This document shows, piece by piece, positions 8,778-17,550 of a DNA stretch of 64,000 bases; position 1 is the stretch's first letter, and each line of letters opens with the position of its first letter. The translations under genes and the position numbers were made by a program. The notes under the pieces were generated by a model. It did not search any database and was not told the origin of the DNA. It was given only the letters and a program-made list of their open reading frames with translations. Origin of the DNA: Solirubrobacteraceae bacterium (GTDB lineage: Bacteria; Actinomycetota; Thermoleophilia; Solirubrobacterales; Solirubrobacteraceae); NCBI GenBank assembly GCA_034664295.1, contig JAXDHV010000014.1, positions 1 through 64,000 of the forward strand. The letters run 5' to 3'.

Positions 8778-10000
8778 GGGACCCCGGCCCCGGCCTCGGT
8801 CGCGACCGCCTGGCCGCGCCCCTCGCCGGTCGGCCGCCGCCGGCCGACCCGCCGGCCGAGCCCCACGGCATGGCGCTCGAGCCCGTACCAGCTCACAGCC
8901 GCGAGGGCTCCGGAAATCGACAGGGCGGCCACCAGGAAAGCTGCCGTGCCGAACCGCTCGGGCACCCGGTGGCGGCTGAGCTCGATCACGACGGCGAGAT
9001 GCCAGAGGTAGAGGCCGTAGGAGATCTGGCCGACCCACCGCAGCCAGCCCGCCCCGAGCAGCCGGCGCACCCAGCCGCGTCCGGCGCTCCCGAAGACGGC
9101 CGGCGCGAGCAGGCCGAGGGCGATCGCCGCCCGCAGCTCGTGGGGCACGACCCAGCCGCTCAGCGTCTTCGGTCCGCCGAAGAGCGCCTGCGAGTGGACC
9201 AGCGCCCAGTAGCAGACGGCCGCCAGGGCCCACGGGAGCCACGGCGCCCGGTCGATCAGGCGCACCCCGCGGGAGTCCCGGCCGGCCAATCCGACCGACA
9301 GGACGGCGAGGCCCATCCCGACCGCGAACAGGTCGACCGACGCCGGGAGTGAGATCAGGGCCGGGTAGTACCGGGGCGAGGCATCCGAGCTCAACTGGAG
9401 CCAGGCGATCTGCCAGGCGATCGACCCGATCGAGAGGACGACGAGGGCGCCGAGCTCGGTGAGCAGGAACGACCGCCGCCCGCGGATCGCGACCCTGCGC
9501 AGCCCCAGCGCGAGCGCGACGAGGCCGATGTAGAAGGTCAGCTCGACGTCGAGCGTCCACGCCTGGGCCATCCCCCGGTCGAGCGTCCGGGTGTCGTAGA
9601 CCTGGAGGAAGCCGAAATACGTCCCGATCCCGTGGAGCGTGAAGACCCCGTCGAGTCCGAGGACGATCGCCACGACGATCAGGGCGAGCCAGTAGGCCGG
9701 CGCGATCCGCAGGACGCGGCGTGCGGCGTACGGGCCGAGGCGCGGGCCGGGGGTCCCGTCGAAGCGGGCCTGGGCGAACGGCCGGTAGAGGAGGAAGCCG
9801 GAGATCGCGAAGAAGATGACGACCCCCTCGGTCGGGAAGCCGGCCGTCCGCTGGGTCAGGTAACCGGCGAGCGACCCGCCGAGGCCGGTCGTGTAGTACG
9901 ACGCGTGGTAGACGAGCACGCTGACGGCGGCGATCGCCCGTAGCGAGTCGAAGGACTCGAACCGCGGTCGGCTCAGCTCGGCCTCCGGGCCCGCAGCGAC
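8774..10000 (-). CDS. acyltransferase family 3 (OafA/OatA-like integral membrane O-acyltransferase)
   Basis: FDSLRAIAAVSVLVYHA near the N-terminus and about 10 TM segments. Its stop overlaps the GT2 start. The start codon is uncertain because there is no ATG/GTG/TTG near the expected position; ATG 10117 would overlap the upstream gene by 145 bp. Confidence 0.65.
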   Translation of the reverse strand, partial: VAAGPEAELSRPRFESFDSLRAIAAVSVLVYHASYYTTGLGGSLAGYLTQRTAGFPTEGVVIFFAISGFLLYRPFAQARFDGTPGPRLGPYAARRVLRIAPAYWLALIVVAIVLGLDGVFTLHGIGTYFGFLQVYDTRTLDRGMAQAWTLDVELTFYIGLVALALGLRRVAIRGRRSFLLTELGALVVLSIGSIAWQIAWLQLSSDASPRYYPALISLPASVDLFAVGMGLAVLSVGLAGRDSRGVRLIDRAPWLPWALAAVCYWALVHSQALFGGPKTLSGWVVPHELRAAIALGLLAPAVFGSAGRGWVRRLLGAGWLRWVGQISYGLYLWHLAVVIELSRHRVPERFGTAAFLVAALSISGALAAVSWYGLERHAVGLGRRVGRRRPTGEGRGQAVATEAGAGVP

Positions 10001-10740
10001 GCGTAGAAGCCGCCCATCGGCTTCTTCGCCTTCGGCCGGTGGATGCCCGTGTGCTTGACCTCGACGAAGCCCGCCGTCCACGGCCAGGCCTTGAGGCAGC
10101 TGAGGTTGGCATGCCACCAGTTGAACTGGGTCACCAGCGGCTCGAAGTGGGCGACCGGACGCCGGGGCGAGAGGATCGTGTCGGTCACCGAGAACGTCTC
10201 CAGCATGATCAGCTCGCCGCCCGGCTTGAGTGCCGCGAGCGCCCGCTCGAGTGCGCGGATCGGGTCACGCAGGTGGAGGAGGATCGCCCCGAGGAAGATC
10301 ACATCGACCGGTCCGCCGACGATCTCGGGCGTCAGGTCGTAGATGTCGCACTCGACCCGCCGGACCTTCGACGAGAGGGCCTCCGAGGCGAGCCGGAAGC
10401 CCCGGCCGAGGCGGATGTCCCAGTCGTTCATCCGGTCGACGAGCTCCGGCCGGCGGTTTGGCGGCCACTCGGCTGCGTCGAGCCGGGCGACGTCGATCGC
10501 GAGGCTCTGCGCGCCGCGCCGCTCGAGCTCGAAGGCCCAGAAGCCGTCGAAGGTGCCGACATCGAGTGTCCGCCGGCCGGTCAGGTCCTTCGGGAGGATC
10601 CTCGGGGCGACCGACCGCAGGTCGACGTTCCCGGGTGTCAGGACCCCCGGCGCGAGCTCGAGCGTGTGGTACCAGTGGGGGTTCGCCGCGACCGCCTCCC
10701 GCGCTCGGGCGGCGGCCTCGGCTTCGGCCGTCGGGCTCAT
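9973..10740 (-). CDS. class I SAM-dependent methyltransferase, CmoB/DUF1698-like (paralog 1 of 3)
   Basis: WYHTLELAPGVLTPG N-terminal block, the SAM-binding motif LDVGTFDGFWAFELERRGA, and LHLRDPIRAL. Paralogs lie at 23396..24238 and 28353..29063. Confidence 0.75.
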   Translation of the reverse strand: MSPTAEAEAAARAREAVAANPHWYHTLELAPGVLTPGNVDLRSVAPRILPKDLTGRRTLDVGTFDGFWAFELERRGAQSLAIDVARLDAAEWPPNRRPELVDRMNDWDIRLGRGFRLASEALSSKVRRVECDIYDLTPEIVGGPVDVIFLGAILLHLRDPIRALERALAALKPGGELIMLETFSVTDTILSPRRPVAHFEPLVTQFNWWHANLSCLKAWPWTAGFVEVKHTGIHRPKAKKPMGGFYASLRARRPS

Positions 10741-10791
10741 CGACTTGCAGCCTAACTCGAAACGTCCGACTATCCTCGCCGCAGACCGCCT

Positions 10792-12000
10792 GTGCGAGCC
10801 CCCCCGAAGAGCCGGATTCGGCGGCTGCGCGCCGGTCGCGTCGCGGTGGTCCTCGCCGGACTGCTCGGGGCGGCGCCGGCCGGCTCGGAGTCATCGCCGC
10901 CGCCCGCCGGCTTGGGCTCTGGCTCTGGAACACGCGCGGCGGGTGCGACCGGCAGGCGGGTGACGATCGCCGTGTTCGGGGACTCGGTCGTCGAGGCGTA
11001 CACGGTCCCCGGCTTCCTGCGGTGGGGCCTCGTCCCGCAGATCGGCGACTCGATGGTCGCCGCCGGGTTCGAGCGGGGCGGGGTCGGCCTGATCCCGGCG
11101 ACGCCGTTTCGGTGGCACTTCAACCACTTCGTCCCCTACAGCGTGAACCCGGCGCCGGCCGACGGCTGGCTGTTGGTCGGCTACGGGCTGGCCGGGAGCG
11201 ACGGGCCGAGCGGCTACAGCGCGCTGGCGTCCTCGCCGGCGGCGAGCGCGACCGCCCCGATCGACGACCCGCTGGTCGGCGTGCTCTACACGAAGAACAC
11301 GACGTCCGGATCGTTCACCGTGACCGCGGGATCCGCGACCTGGACGATCGACGCTCATTCGACCGGGCCTCCGACGCCGGTCGAGACCTGGCTCCAGATG
11401 CCGCCGGGAGCCAGGTCGATCACCGTCCACGGGCCGACCACCGGGACCCTCCTCTTCGACGGGGTCGTCGGCCGCCGCCCGGTCGCGGCCGCCCGGATCC
11501 AGGTCGAGGTCGACAACCTCGGCCATCAGGCCCACCTCCTCGGCCGGGACCTCTCCCCCCGGGTGATCGGCTCCCTGACCCAGCAGCGCTATGACGTCTC
11601 CGTCCTCCTCGGCGGCTACCTCTCCGAGCTGATCGCCGCGTCGCAGCCGGGGACCTACCGGGAGGACCAGTACCTGACGGCGCTGCGCAGGCGGGCCAGC
11701 CTCGTCAGAGCCTACGGCGGCCGCTGCCTGATCGTCGATCCGTCGCCGATCCCCGTCCCCGCGCGGATCGCGGTCCGGTATGCCGCGATCGACAGGCGGG
11801 CGGCGGCGCAGGCAGGTTGTGGCTACAGCCGGGCGCTCGCCCATCTCTGGAGCTCGGCGACGTCGGTCAGGCTGGGCCTGACGTTGGCCGACGACATCCA
11901 CCCGACGGCGGCCGGCTACCGCCTGATCGCCCGGGCGCTCGAGCCCGTGCTGGAGCGGATGACCCGCGAAGTCGTCCGGAACGTGAGTGCAACCCGGTGA
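10792..12000 (+). CDS. secreted SGNH/GDSL-family hydrolase (esterase/lipase or acyltransferase-like)
   Basis: Signal peptide (RLRAGRVAVVLAGLLGAAPAGS), block I VFGDSVVE and C-terminal DDIHPTAAG (DxxH). Confidence 0.7.
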   Translation: MRAPPKSRIRRLRAGRVAVVLAGLLGAAPAGSESSPPPAGLGSGSGTRAAGATGRRVTIAVFGDSVVEAYTVPGFLRWGLVPQIGDSMVAAGFERGGVGLIPATPFRWHFNHFVPYSVNPAPADGWLLVGYGLAGSDGPSGYSALASSPAASATAPIDDPLVGVLYTKNTTSGSFTVTAGSATWTIDAHSTGPPTPVETWLQMPPGARSITVHGPTTGTLLFDGVVGRRPVAAARIQVEVDNLGHQAHLLGRDLSPRVIGSLTQQRYDVSVLLGGYLSELIAASQPGTYREDQYLTALRRRASLVRAYGGRCLIVDPSPIPVPARIAVRYAAIDRRAAAQAGCGYSRALAHLWSSATSVRLGLTLADDIHPTAAGYRLIARALEPVLERMTREVVRNVSATR

Positions 12001-12037
12001 TACACTTTGCTGCGTGCCGACCCGACATCCGCGGCAG

Positions 12038-12280
12038 ATGGTCACCCTGACACCGGAGCGCGCGCGTCTCCTGCACGAGATCGCGGGCCTCGAGGGCGGG
12101 AAGCCCGATCTGGGGGGCCTCGTCGACGAAGGCGCGCGGGCGCGGCTCGAGCGACTGCGGGCTTCGTCGACGCCGGTGCTCGCTGCCCGCCGGCGCCTGG
12201 CGCAACGGATCCGCGAGCGCGCTCTCGACCAGGACCCCGACGCGGCCGACCGGGTCAAGCGACTCGGTCTCGAAGCGTAG
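12038..12280 (+). CDS. vapB: putative antitoxin (VapB-like) of a type II TA pair
   Basis: Small ORF immediately upstream of the PIN toxin. The start was taken at the internal ATG (MVTLTPERARLL...). Confidence 0.45.
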   Translation: MVTLTPERARLLHEIAGLEGGKPDLGGLVDEGARARLERLRASSTPVLAARRRLAQRIRERALDQDPDAADRVKRLGLEA

Positions 12281-12300
12281 GACCCAGTGCTGGCGATCGA

Positions 12301-12375
12301 CGACTCGGCGTGCGCGCGGTGCTGCTGATCGACAACTCGGCGTGCGCGCGGTGCTGCTGATCGACAACTCGGCCT
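12301..12375. repeat. 34-bp tandem duplication covering the vapC start
   Basis: cggcgtgcgcgcggtgctgctgatcgacaactcg occurs twice in tandem. The first copy opens a short abortive ORF (VRAVLLIDNSACARCC stop). Confidence 0.7.
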
Positions 12376-12773
12376 GGGCGCGACTCGGTTCCCCGTCCCT
12401 GGCTGGCGATCGCCGCGCCGAGGTCGCCGAGATGTTCGAGGCCGGTGAGGTGGCTGCCTGCACGCCGTTCCTGCTCGAGGCCGGGTGGTCGGCCCGCAGC
12501 GGACGACACCGCGACGAGATCGTCGCGGATCTGCAACAGCTCCCCCACCTGCGGATCGATGCCGCGGTCGAGGCGGCGGCGGTCGCGGCGCAGGCTGAGC
12601 TCGCACGCCGGGGACATCACCGGAGCGCGTCGCCGTCGGATCTCCTGATCGCTGCGTGTGCCCACGTCAACGGCGTCGGGGTCCTGCACTACGACCGCGA
12701 CTACGACCTCCTCGTCGAGCTGACCGGGCTGTCCTTCGAATCGGAGTGGCTCTCGCCGGCCGGAAGCCTCTAG
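12342..12773 (+). CDS. vapC: PIN-domain toxin VapC
   Basis: VLLIDNSAW...DLLIAACA...VLHYDRDYD is PIN-domain-like. GTG start. A 34-bp tandem duplication copies the gene start and leaves an abortive first copy at 12308..12360. Confidence 0.75.
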   Translation: MRAVLLIDNSAWARLGSPSLAGDRRAEVAEMFEAGEVAACTPFLLEAGWSARSGRHRDEIVADLQQLPHLRIDAAVEAAAVAAQAELARRGHHRSASPSDLLIAACAHVNGVGVLHYDRDYDLLVELTGLSFESEWLSPAGSL

Positions 12774-13405
12774 CCGTACAGCTTCGCGGCGTACCCCGGG
12801 CCGTAATGGGCCTCGAGCTCGGCCAGGGTCGCGTCGGTCCAGTCGATCGCCTTGGCGATCTGCGGGCGCGACGGGACGGCGGTGGGCGCCCAGGTCGCGG
12901 GGTCCCACAGCGCCGAGCGGAGGAATGCCTTCGAGCAGTGGTAGAAGACCTCCTCGAGATCGACGACCAGCGCGAGGGTCGGCCGGTGACCGCGGACGAC
13001 GAGGTCCTCGAAGAAGGAAGCCTCCCGGACGAGCTTGGCCGTCCCGTTGATCCGGAGGGTGTCCGGCCGGCCGGGGATCACGAAGATCAGTCCGACGTGG
13101 GGGTTCTCGAGGACGTTGGCAAACCCGTCGACCCGGCGGTTGCCCGGCCGATCGGGGATCGCGATCGTCCGGTCGTCGAGCACGTGCGCGAGCCCGGGCG
13201 GGTCGCCCCTCGGGCTGACGTCGCAGGTCCCGTCGGCGGCCGACGTCGCGATCAGGCAGAACGGGCTGGCGGCCAGCCACTCGCGGTCGAGCGGGTGCAG
13301 GTGCGGGCGGACCTTCTCGGCGACTCGCCTGACCGGCGTCCCGACCAGGGCTCTCAGCTCGTCCGCATCGGAGACGACCGTCCACGTCTCGTCGCGTGTG
13401 CTCAT
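12770..13405 (-). CDS. pyridoxamine 5'-phosphate oxidase-family (PNPOx-fold, FMN/F420-binding) protein
   Basis: PNPOx-like split-barrel sequence (LIATSAADGTCDVSPRG, GLIFVIPGRPDTLRINGTA). Confidence 0.65.
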   Translation of the reverse strand: MSTRDETWTVVSDADELRALVGTPVRRVAEKVRPHLHPLDREWLAASPFCLIATSAADGTCDVSPRGDPPGLAHVLDDRTIAIPDRPGNRRVDGFANVLENPHVGLIFVIPGRPDTLRINGTAKLVREASFFEDLVVRGHRPTLALVVDLEEVFYHCSKAFLRSALWDPATWAPTAVPSRPQIAKAIDWTDATLAELEAHYGPGYAAKLYG

Positions 13406-13406
13406 C

Positions 13407-14288
13407 TCACCGTCCTTTGACGTCGTCCGCCCGTTCCCGAGACGATGACACAGCCCGGGTCGGGGTGTCCAGCGCCCGCGCCCGGCGGGTGAGCGCGACC
13501 GTGGCCGCACGCAGCTGTGAGCTGTCGACCAGAGGCTCGGGGAACGCCACTCGGGCGGGCGCCCGCCCGCGGGGCGAGTGGACGGTCAGGTCGATGCCCC
13601 GGCGGTCGAGCCCTGTGCACCGGGCCGATGTCGCGTCGGGGTGGCCGCCGAGCGCCCGGCCGATCGCCAGGAGGGCGTCGGCGTGGTCGTCGTTGAGGTG
13701 GGTCACCGCAGATCTCGAGCCGATCGCGACGAGGTCGGGCTCGGCGGCGGCGTAGTCGACGCCGGAGGCCGAGTCCATCCGGCCGTAGCCGCCGACCCAG
13801 CGGACCCGGTCGACCCGCAGGACCCAGACCGAGAAGTCCGAGAAGTCGATGTACACCGCGGCGGCCGGCACCCCGGCGAGGTGCGCGTCGCGGGCGGCGG
13901 TGAGAAGAGCGGCGTCCGCGGGCCTCTCGGCTCGGCCGGCAAGCGTCACGCGGGCGGCCGCGAGCGGGTCCGGCGGGCCGTCGACCTCGGTGATCACGAT
14001 GCTCACGCGCGGATCGCCGGCCAGGTTGCGCCCGTGCTCGGCGAGGTGGGAGAGGCAGAGGACGGGCGAGCCGTCGTCGAGCGCGCCGTAGGTGACCAGC
14101 GACGCCCAGGGATCGCCCCCGGCGCTCAACGTCGCGAGGGCGGCGACGTTCGTCTGGGCGACCAGCGTCCGGGCCTCCTCGGCCGGGGTCAGGCGAGGGG
14201 CGGGCTCGGTCGCGACGAGCGCCGCGGGTACCGACGGAGCCCCGTCGATGATCCCGTGGTCGGGAGCGGGGCGGGTGGTCTGGTTCAT
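13407..14288 (-). CDS. PNPOx-fold protein with C-terminal DUF2470-like domain (HugZ-like)
   Basis: N-terminal TLVAQTNVAALATLSAGGDPWASLV split-barrel domain and a C-terminal DUF2470-like region. Its stop is closely coupled to the downstream start. Confidence 0.6.
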   Translation of the reverse strand: MNQTTRPAPDHGIIDGAPSVPAALVATEPAPRLTPAEEARTLVAQTNVAALATLSAGGDPWASLVTYGALDDGSPVLCLSHLAEHGRNLAGDPRVSIVITEVDGPPDPLAAARVTLAGRAERPADAALLTAARDAHLAGVPAAAVYIDFSDFSVWVLRVDRVRWVGGYGRMDSASGVDYAAAEPDLVAIGSRSAVTHLNDDHADALLAIGRALGGHPDATSARCTGLDRRGIDLTVHSPRGRAPARVAFPEPLVDSSQLRAATVALTRRARALDTPTRAVSSSRERADDVKGR

Positions 14289-14330
14289 GCCGTCAAGCCA
14301 AGCACAATCACCCGAGGACCGGCGATCCTC

Positions 14331-15053
14331 TCAGCGCTCGAAGCGGTAGCCGACCGACCGGACCGTGCGGATCCGGCCGGCGTGCTCGATCCCGAGCTTG
14401 GCGCGAACCCGGCGGACATGGACGTCGACGGTCCGGGTCTCGCCGTAGAAGTCATATCCCCAGACCCGGCTGAGCAGAGCCTCACGGGAGAAGACGTGGT
14501 TGGGGTGGGTGACGAAGAAGTGGAGGAGCTCGTACTCCATATAGGTGAAGTCGACCGGGGTCCCGTCGATTGCCACCTGATAGGTGGTGAAGTCGATCTC
14601 CAGGCCACCGAGCCGGACGACGTCCCCGTCGCCGGCAAGGCCGAGGCGATGGGCGGCGCGGAAGATCCGCATCGCGAGCTCGTCGGCCGACCATGGGGCG
14701 ACGAGCACGTCGTCGGCGAGCGTGAACGGGTTCTCGGTGGCGAGCGCGGCCACCTCGGTGGCGATCAGGATCGGATTTTCGTGGAGCTCGCCCAGCGCTC
14801 GGAGGTCGCTGGCGAGGCTGTTCGCGCGAAGGGGCTCGGCCGGGCCGGCGGCGATCAGGACGACGGCGGGCGGGTCGCTGGAGGCGGCGGCTCGCTCGAG
14901 CTCGGGCGTGGCGTCGAGCGGTCGCCGGACGGGCGTGTAGCCGAGCCGGCGGAGGTCGTCGGCGAGGACGTCGGCGAGGGCGTTGTCGAACGGGTAGACC
15001 CACGCGTCCTTGACGGGCTCACTCCGGCGCCGGGTGCGACGGGGCTCGCTCAC
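14331..15053 (-). CDS. OmpR/PhoB-type winged-helix regulator with degenerate receiver domain (GlnR-like orphan)
   Basis: C-terminal trans_reg_C domain (YMEYELLHFFVTHPNHVFSREALLSRVWG...TVDVHVRRVRAKL). The receiver-like N-terminal half lacks an obvious phospho-acceptor Asp. The GTG start overlaps the GS stop (GTGA). Confidence 0.7.
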   Translation of the reverse strand: MSEPRRTRRRSEPVKDAWVYPFDNALADVLADDLRRLGYTPVRRPLDATPELERAAASSDPPAVVLIAAGPAEPLRANSLASDLRALGELHENPILIATEVAALATENPFTLADDVLVAPWSADELAMRIFRAAHRLGLAGDGDVVRLGGLEIDFTTYQVAIDGTPVDFTYMEYELLHFFVTHPNHVFSREALLSRVWGYDFYGETRTVDVHVRRVRAKLGIEHAGRIRTVRSVGYRFER

Positions 15054-16411
15054 AGGTTCGGCAGGTACCGGCGGCGTTCGAACTCGGTCACGATGTGCTG
15101 GTAGTCGCGCCATTCGCTCCGCTGGTTCGCGGCGTACCAATCGCACAGCCGGTCGCCGAGCGTCTCGCGGGCGAGGGCCGACGCGGCGAACAGCTCGGTC
15201 GCCTCGCGGAGGTCTTCCGGAAGGGCGGGCGCGTCGGCTGGTGGGGCGTCCTCGACCTCGAGGGCGAGCTCGTAGCCCCGTTCGATGCCGCGGAGACCGG
15301 CTGCGAGGAGAACGGCGAACGCGAGGTAGGGGTTGCAGCTGGGGTCGGGTGAGCGGACCTCGATGCGGGCGGCAGTCGGCCGGCCGGGCCGGGCCGACGG
15401 TACGCGGACGAGGGCCTCGCGTCCGTGCCTGGTCCAGCAGACGTGGTCCGGGGCTTCGAAGCTGCCGAGCCGCTTGTAGGAGTTGACGCACGGGTTGGTG
15501 AGCGCCGTCAGCTCACGGGCGTGGACGAGCACGCCGGCCAGGAAGCGCTGACCGAGCTCCGATAGACCGGTGGGACTGCCGGGTTCGTGGAAGAGGTTGC
15601 GCTCGCCCTCGAAGAGCGAGAGGTGGAGATGCAATCCCGAACCGGACTCGTTCTCGAGCGGCTTGGGCATGAACGTCGCGTAGACGCCCTGGTCGTGGGC
15701 GACCTCCTTGACCGTCAGGCGAAACGTGCTGACGGCGTCGGCCATCGCGAGGGCGTTGTCGTGCTGGAGTGAGATCTCGTGCTGGGAGGGACCGACCTCG
15801 TGATGCGACGCCTTGACCGGTATCCCCATCTGCTCGAGGTGCTCGATCGTCTGCCGGCGGAAGTCCGAGCCCTCGTCCCGGGGGGTGAGGTCGAAGTACG
15901 CGCCGCGATCGAGCGGACGCGGGACCGCGCCGTCGTCTGTGAGGGGCTCGAAGAGGAAGAACTCGACCTCGCAGCCGACCTGGAAGGAGTAACCCAGCTC
16001 GGCTGCGGTGGCGAGGACCCGGCGAAGGGCCTCACGGCTGTCGCCGGGGAAGGGCGACCCGTCGGGCATCCGGATGTCGCAGAACATCCGTCCGACCGCG
16101 GCACCCGGACGTCGCCACGGGATGACCTGGAAGGTGCGGGGGTCGGGCAGGGCGATCACGTCGCGCTCGCGCAGACGGACGCTGCCCTCCAGCGAGGAGC
16201 CGTCGATCGAGACGCCCTCCGCGAGGGCCTGCTCGAGCTCGCTGGAGGGAACCGAGAAGCTCTTGAGGGTGCCCATGACGTCGACGAACCAGAAGCGGAC
16301 GAAGCGAACGCTTCGCTCTGCGACGGTCCGCAGGACATAGCTCGCATCGGGGTCTGCCGCGAAGTCGTCCACGACCGGGAGTCTGACGCAACGCCCGGCA
16401 TTCGACCGCAT
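15050..16411 (-). CDS. glutamine synthetase family protein (type I GlnA2/3/4-like, possibly gamma-glutamyl-polyamine synthetase)
   Basis: Beta-grasp N-terminus (VRFVRFWFVDVMG) and catalytic domain blocks (HHEVGPSQHEI, NPCVNSYKRLG, RSPD). Confidence 0.85.
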   Translation of the reverse strand: MRSNAGRCVRLPVVDDFAADPDASYVLRTVAERSVRFVRFWFVDVMGTLKSFSVPSSELEQALAEGVSIDGSSLEGSVRLRERDVIALPDPRTFQVIPWRRPGAAVGRMFCDIRMPDGSPFPGDSREALRRVLATAAELGYSFQVGCEVEFFLFEPLTDDGAVPRPLDRGAYFDLTPRDEGSDFRRQTIEHLEQMGIPVKASHHEVGPSQHEISLQHDNALAMADAVSTFRLTVKEVAHDQGVYATFMPKPLENESGSGLHLHLSLFEGERNLFHEPGSPTGLSELGQRFLAGVLVHARELTALTNPCVNSYKRLGSFEAPDHVCWTRHGREALVRVPSARPGRPTAARIEVRSPDPSCNPYLAFAVLLAAGLRGIERGYELALEVEDAPPADAPALPEDLREATELFAASALARETLGDRLCDWYAANQRSEWRDYQHIVTEFERRRYLPNL

Positions 16412-16702
16412 CGGCCGCGCGGGCCGCTGCGCCCGCTCTCCCGCCCCGCCGTGGTCTCTGGGTCCCGCTTGCGGCACTCGACGGTCGGACGCCGACCGGC
16501 GGCGGCTCCAGGCGCGTGAGAACCGTGAGCCGACGACGATCTCCCCACGCCCGTGCAGTGTGCGGAGAGCCGCAGGCGTTCGGCCGACGGGGCTCCGTGG
16601 TTGCGGTCGATGTCACCACGAAGATCTCTGTGCGCCAGTGAGTGGGATGCGCAATAATCGCCGCGACCAGGGTTGACCCAGCTCAGTTGGGAGGCAGACG
16701 AA

Positions 16703-16849
16703 GTGAGCGGTGCGAGTGGTGATGAGGCAGCGGTCGCTGCCGCGGAGGATTCGCCCGCAGAGAGCCTCCCGTCCGACGCGCAGGAACTTGCCGACGCGCA
16801 GCCGGAGCCGGATTCCCGCGTGACGCCAGACCCACCGCCGGCGCCATGA
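16703..16849 (+). CDS. small acidic protein (48 aa), hypothetical
   Basis: GTG start with a GGGAGG Shine-Dalgarno 8 nt upstream. Its stop overlaps the lysozyme ATG (ATGA). Composition is D/E/A/P-rich. Confidence 0.3.
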   Translation: MSGASGDEAAVAAAEDSPAESLPSDAQELADAQPEPDSRVTPDPPPAP

Positions 16850-17520
16850 AGATCAGCCCTGCGGGTGTCGCCCTGATCAAGGAGTTCGAGGGTTTCACCA
16901 ACGGCGGTCTTCCCTACAAGGACATGGTCGGGGTGTGGACGATCGGCTACGGCCACACCGAGGGAGTCGGACCGAGCAGTCCGCGGCTGACCGAGAAGCA
17001 GGCGAGTGCCCTGCTCGCGAGGGACCTCGACGCAAAGTACGGGCCGCCGGTGAACGCGATCGGCGTGTCACTCACGCAACCGCAGTTCGACGCCCTCGTG
17101 TCATTTGTGTACAACGTAGGGCCGGGCGGCGTCGATTCCTCGACCCGCGTCGGACAGGCGCTGCGGGCGAAGAACTGGCAGGCCGCGGCGGACGGACTGC
17201 TCGCGTGGAACAAGGCCGGTGGAGCTCCGGTCGCCGGGTTGACCCGCCGGCGGCAGGCCGAGCGGGCGCTGTTCCTATCGGTGTCCGATCCGCTTCCCGG
17301 CTATCGCGACGACGAGCGGGCTTGGATCCGGGAGTACGACGAGCTCCAGCGAACCGGCCAGAACCCGGGCCGCCGCGGCGAGTTGCGCAGCGCGATGACC
17401 GCGCGACGCAAGGCGATCTGGCGCGCGGCGCAACCGAAGGCCGCCGGAGGCGACGGCAACGGCTGGACCGTCAACGCCCGCCGCGGCCGCTATGCGTCAC
17501 TGCTCGCAAGAAGCGCCTAG
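16846..17520 (+). CDS. GH24 (T4/phage-type) lysozyme with novel C-terminal domain
   Basis: ISPAGVALIKEFEGF...VWTIGYGHT catalytic region. About 70 C-terminal residues are shared with the M15 peptidase at 18129..18812. Confidence 0.85.
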   Translation: MKISPAGVALIKEFEGFTNGGLPYKDMVGVWTIGYGHTEGVGPSSPRLTEKQASALLARDLDAKYGPPVNAIGVSLTQPQFDALVSFVYNVGPGGVDSSTRVGQALRAKNWQAAADGLLAWNKAGGAPVAGLTRRRQAERALFLSVSDPLPGYRDDERAWIREYDELQRTGQNPGRRGELRSAMTARRKAIWRAAQPKAAGGDGNGWTVNARRGRYASLLARSA

Positions 17521-17550
17521 AACGTCTGCCACCAGCCCGAGGGATGACGC

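Noticed and set aside
10230-12606. ORFs 10230..11594 (plus) and 10891..12606 (minus), 571 aa
   Set aside because: Shadow ORFs over the SGNH hydrolase and methyltransferase genes. They have R/P/G-rich low complexity and no conserved motifs.
13578-15104. 508-aa plus-strand ORF 13578..15104
   Set aside because: It is antisense to the PNPOx/DUF2470 and OmpR-like genes, which have clear homology. Its composition is Gly/Arg/Asp-rich.
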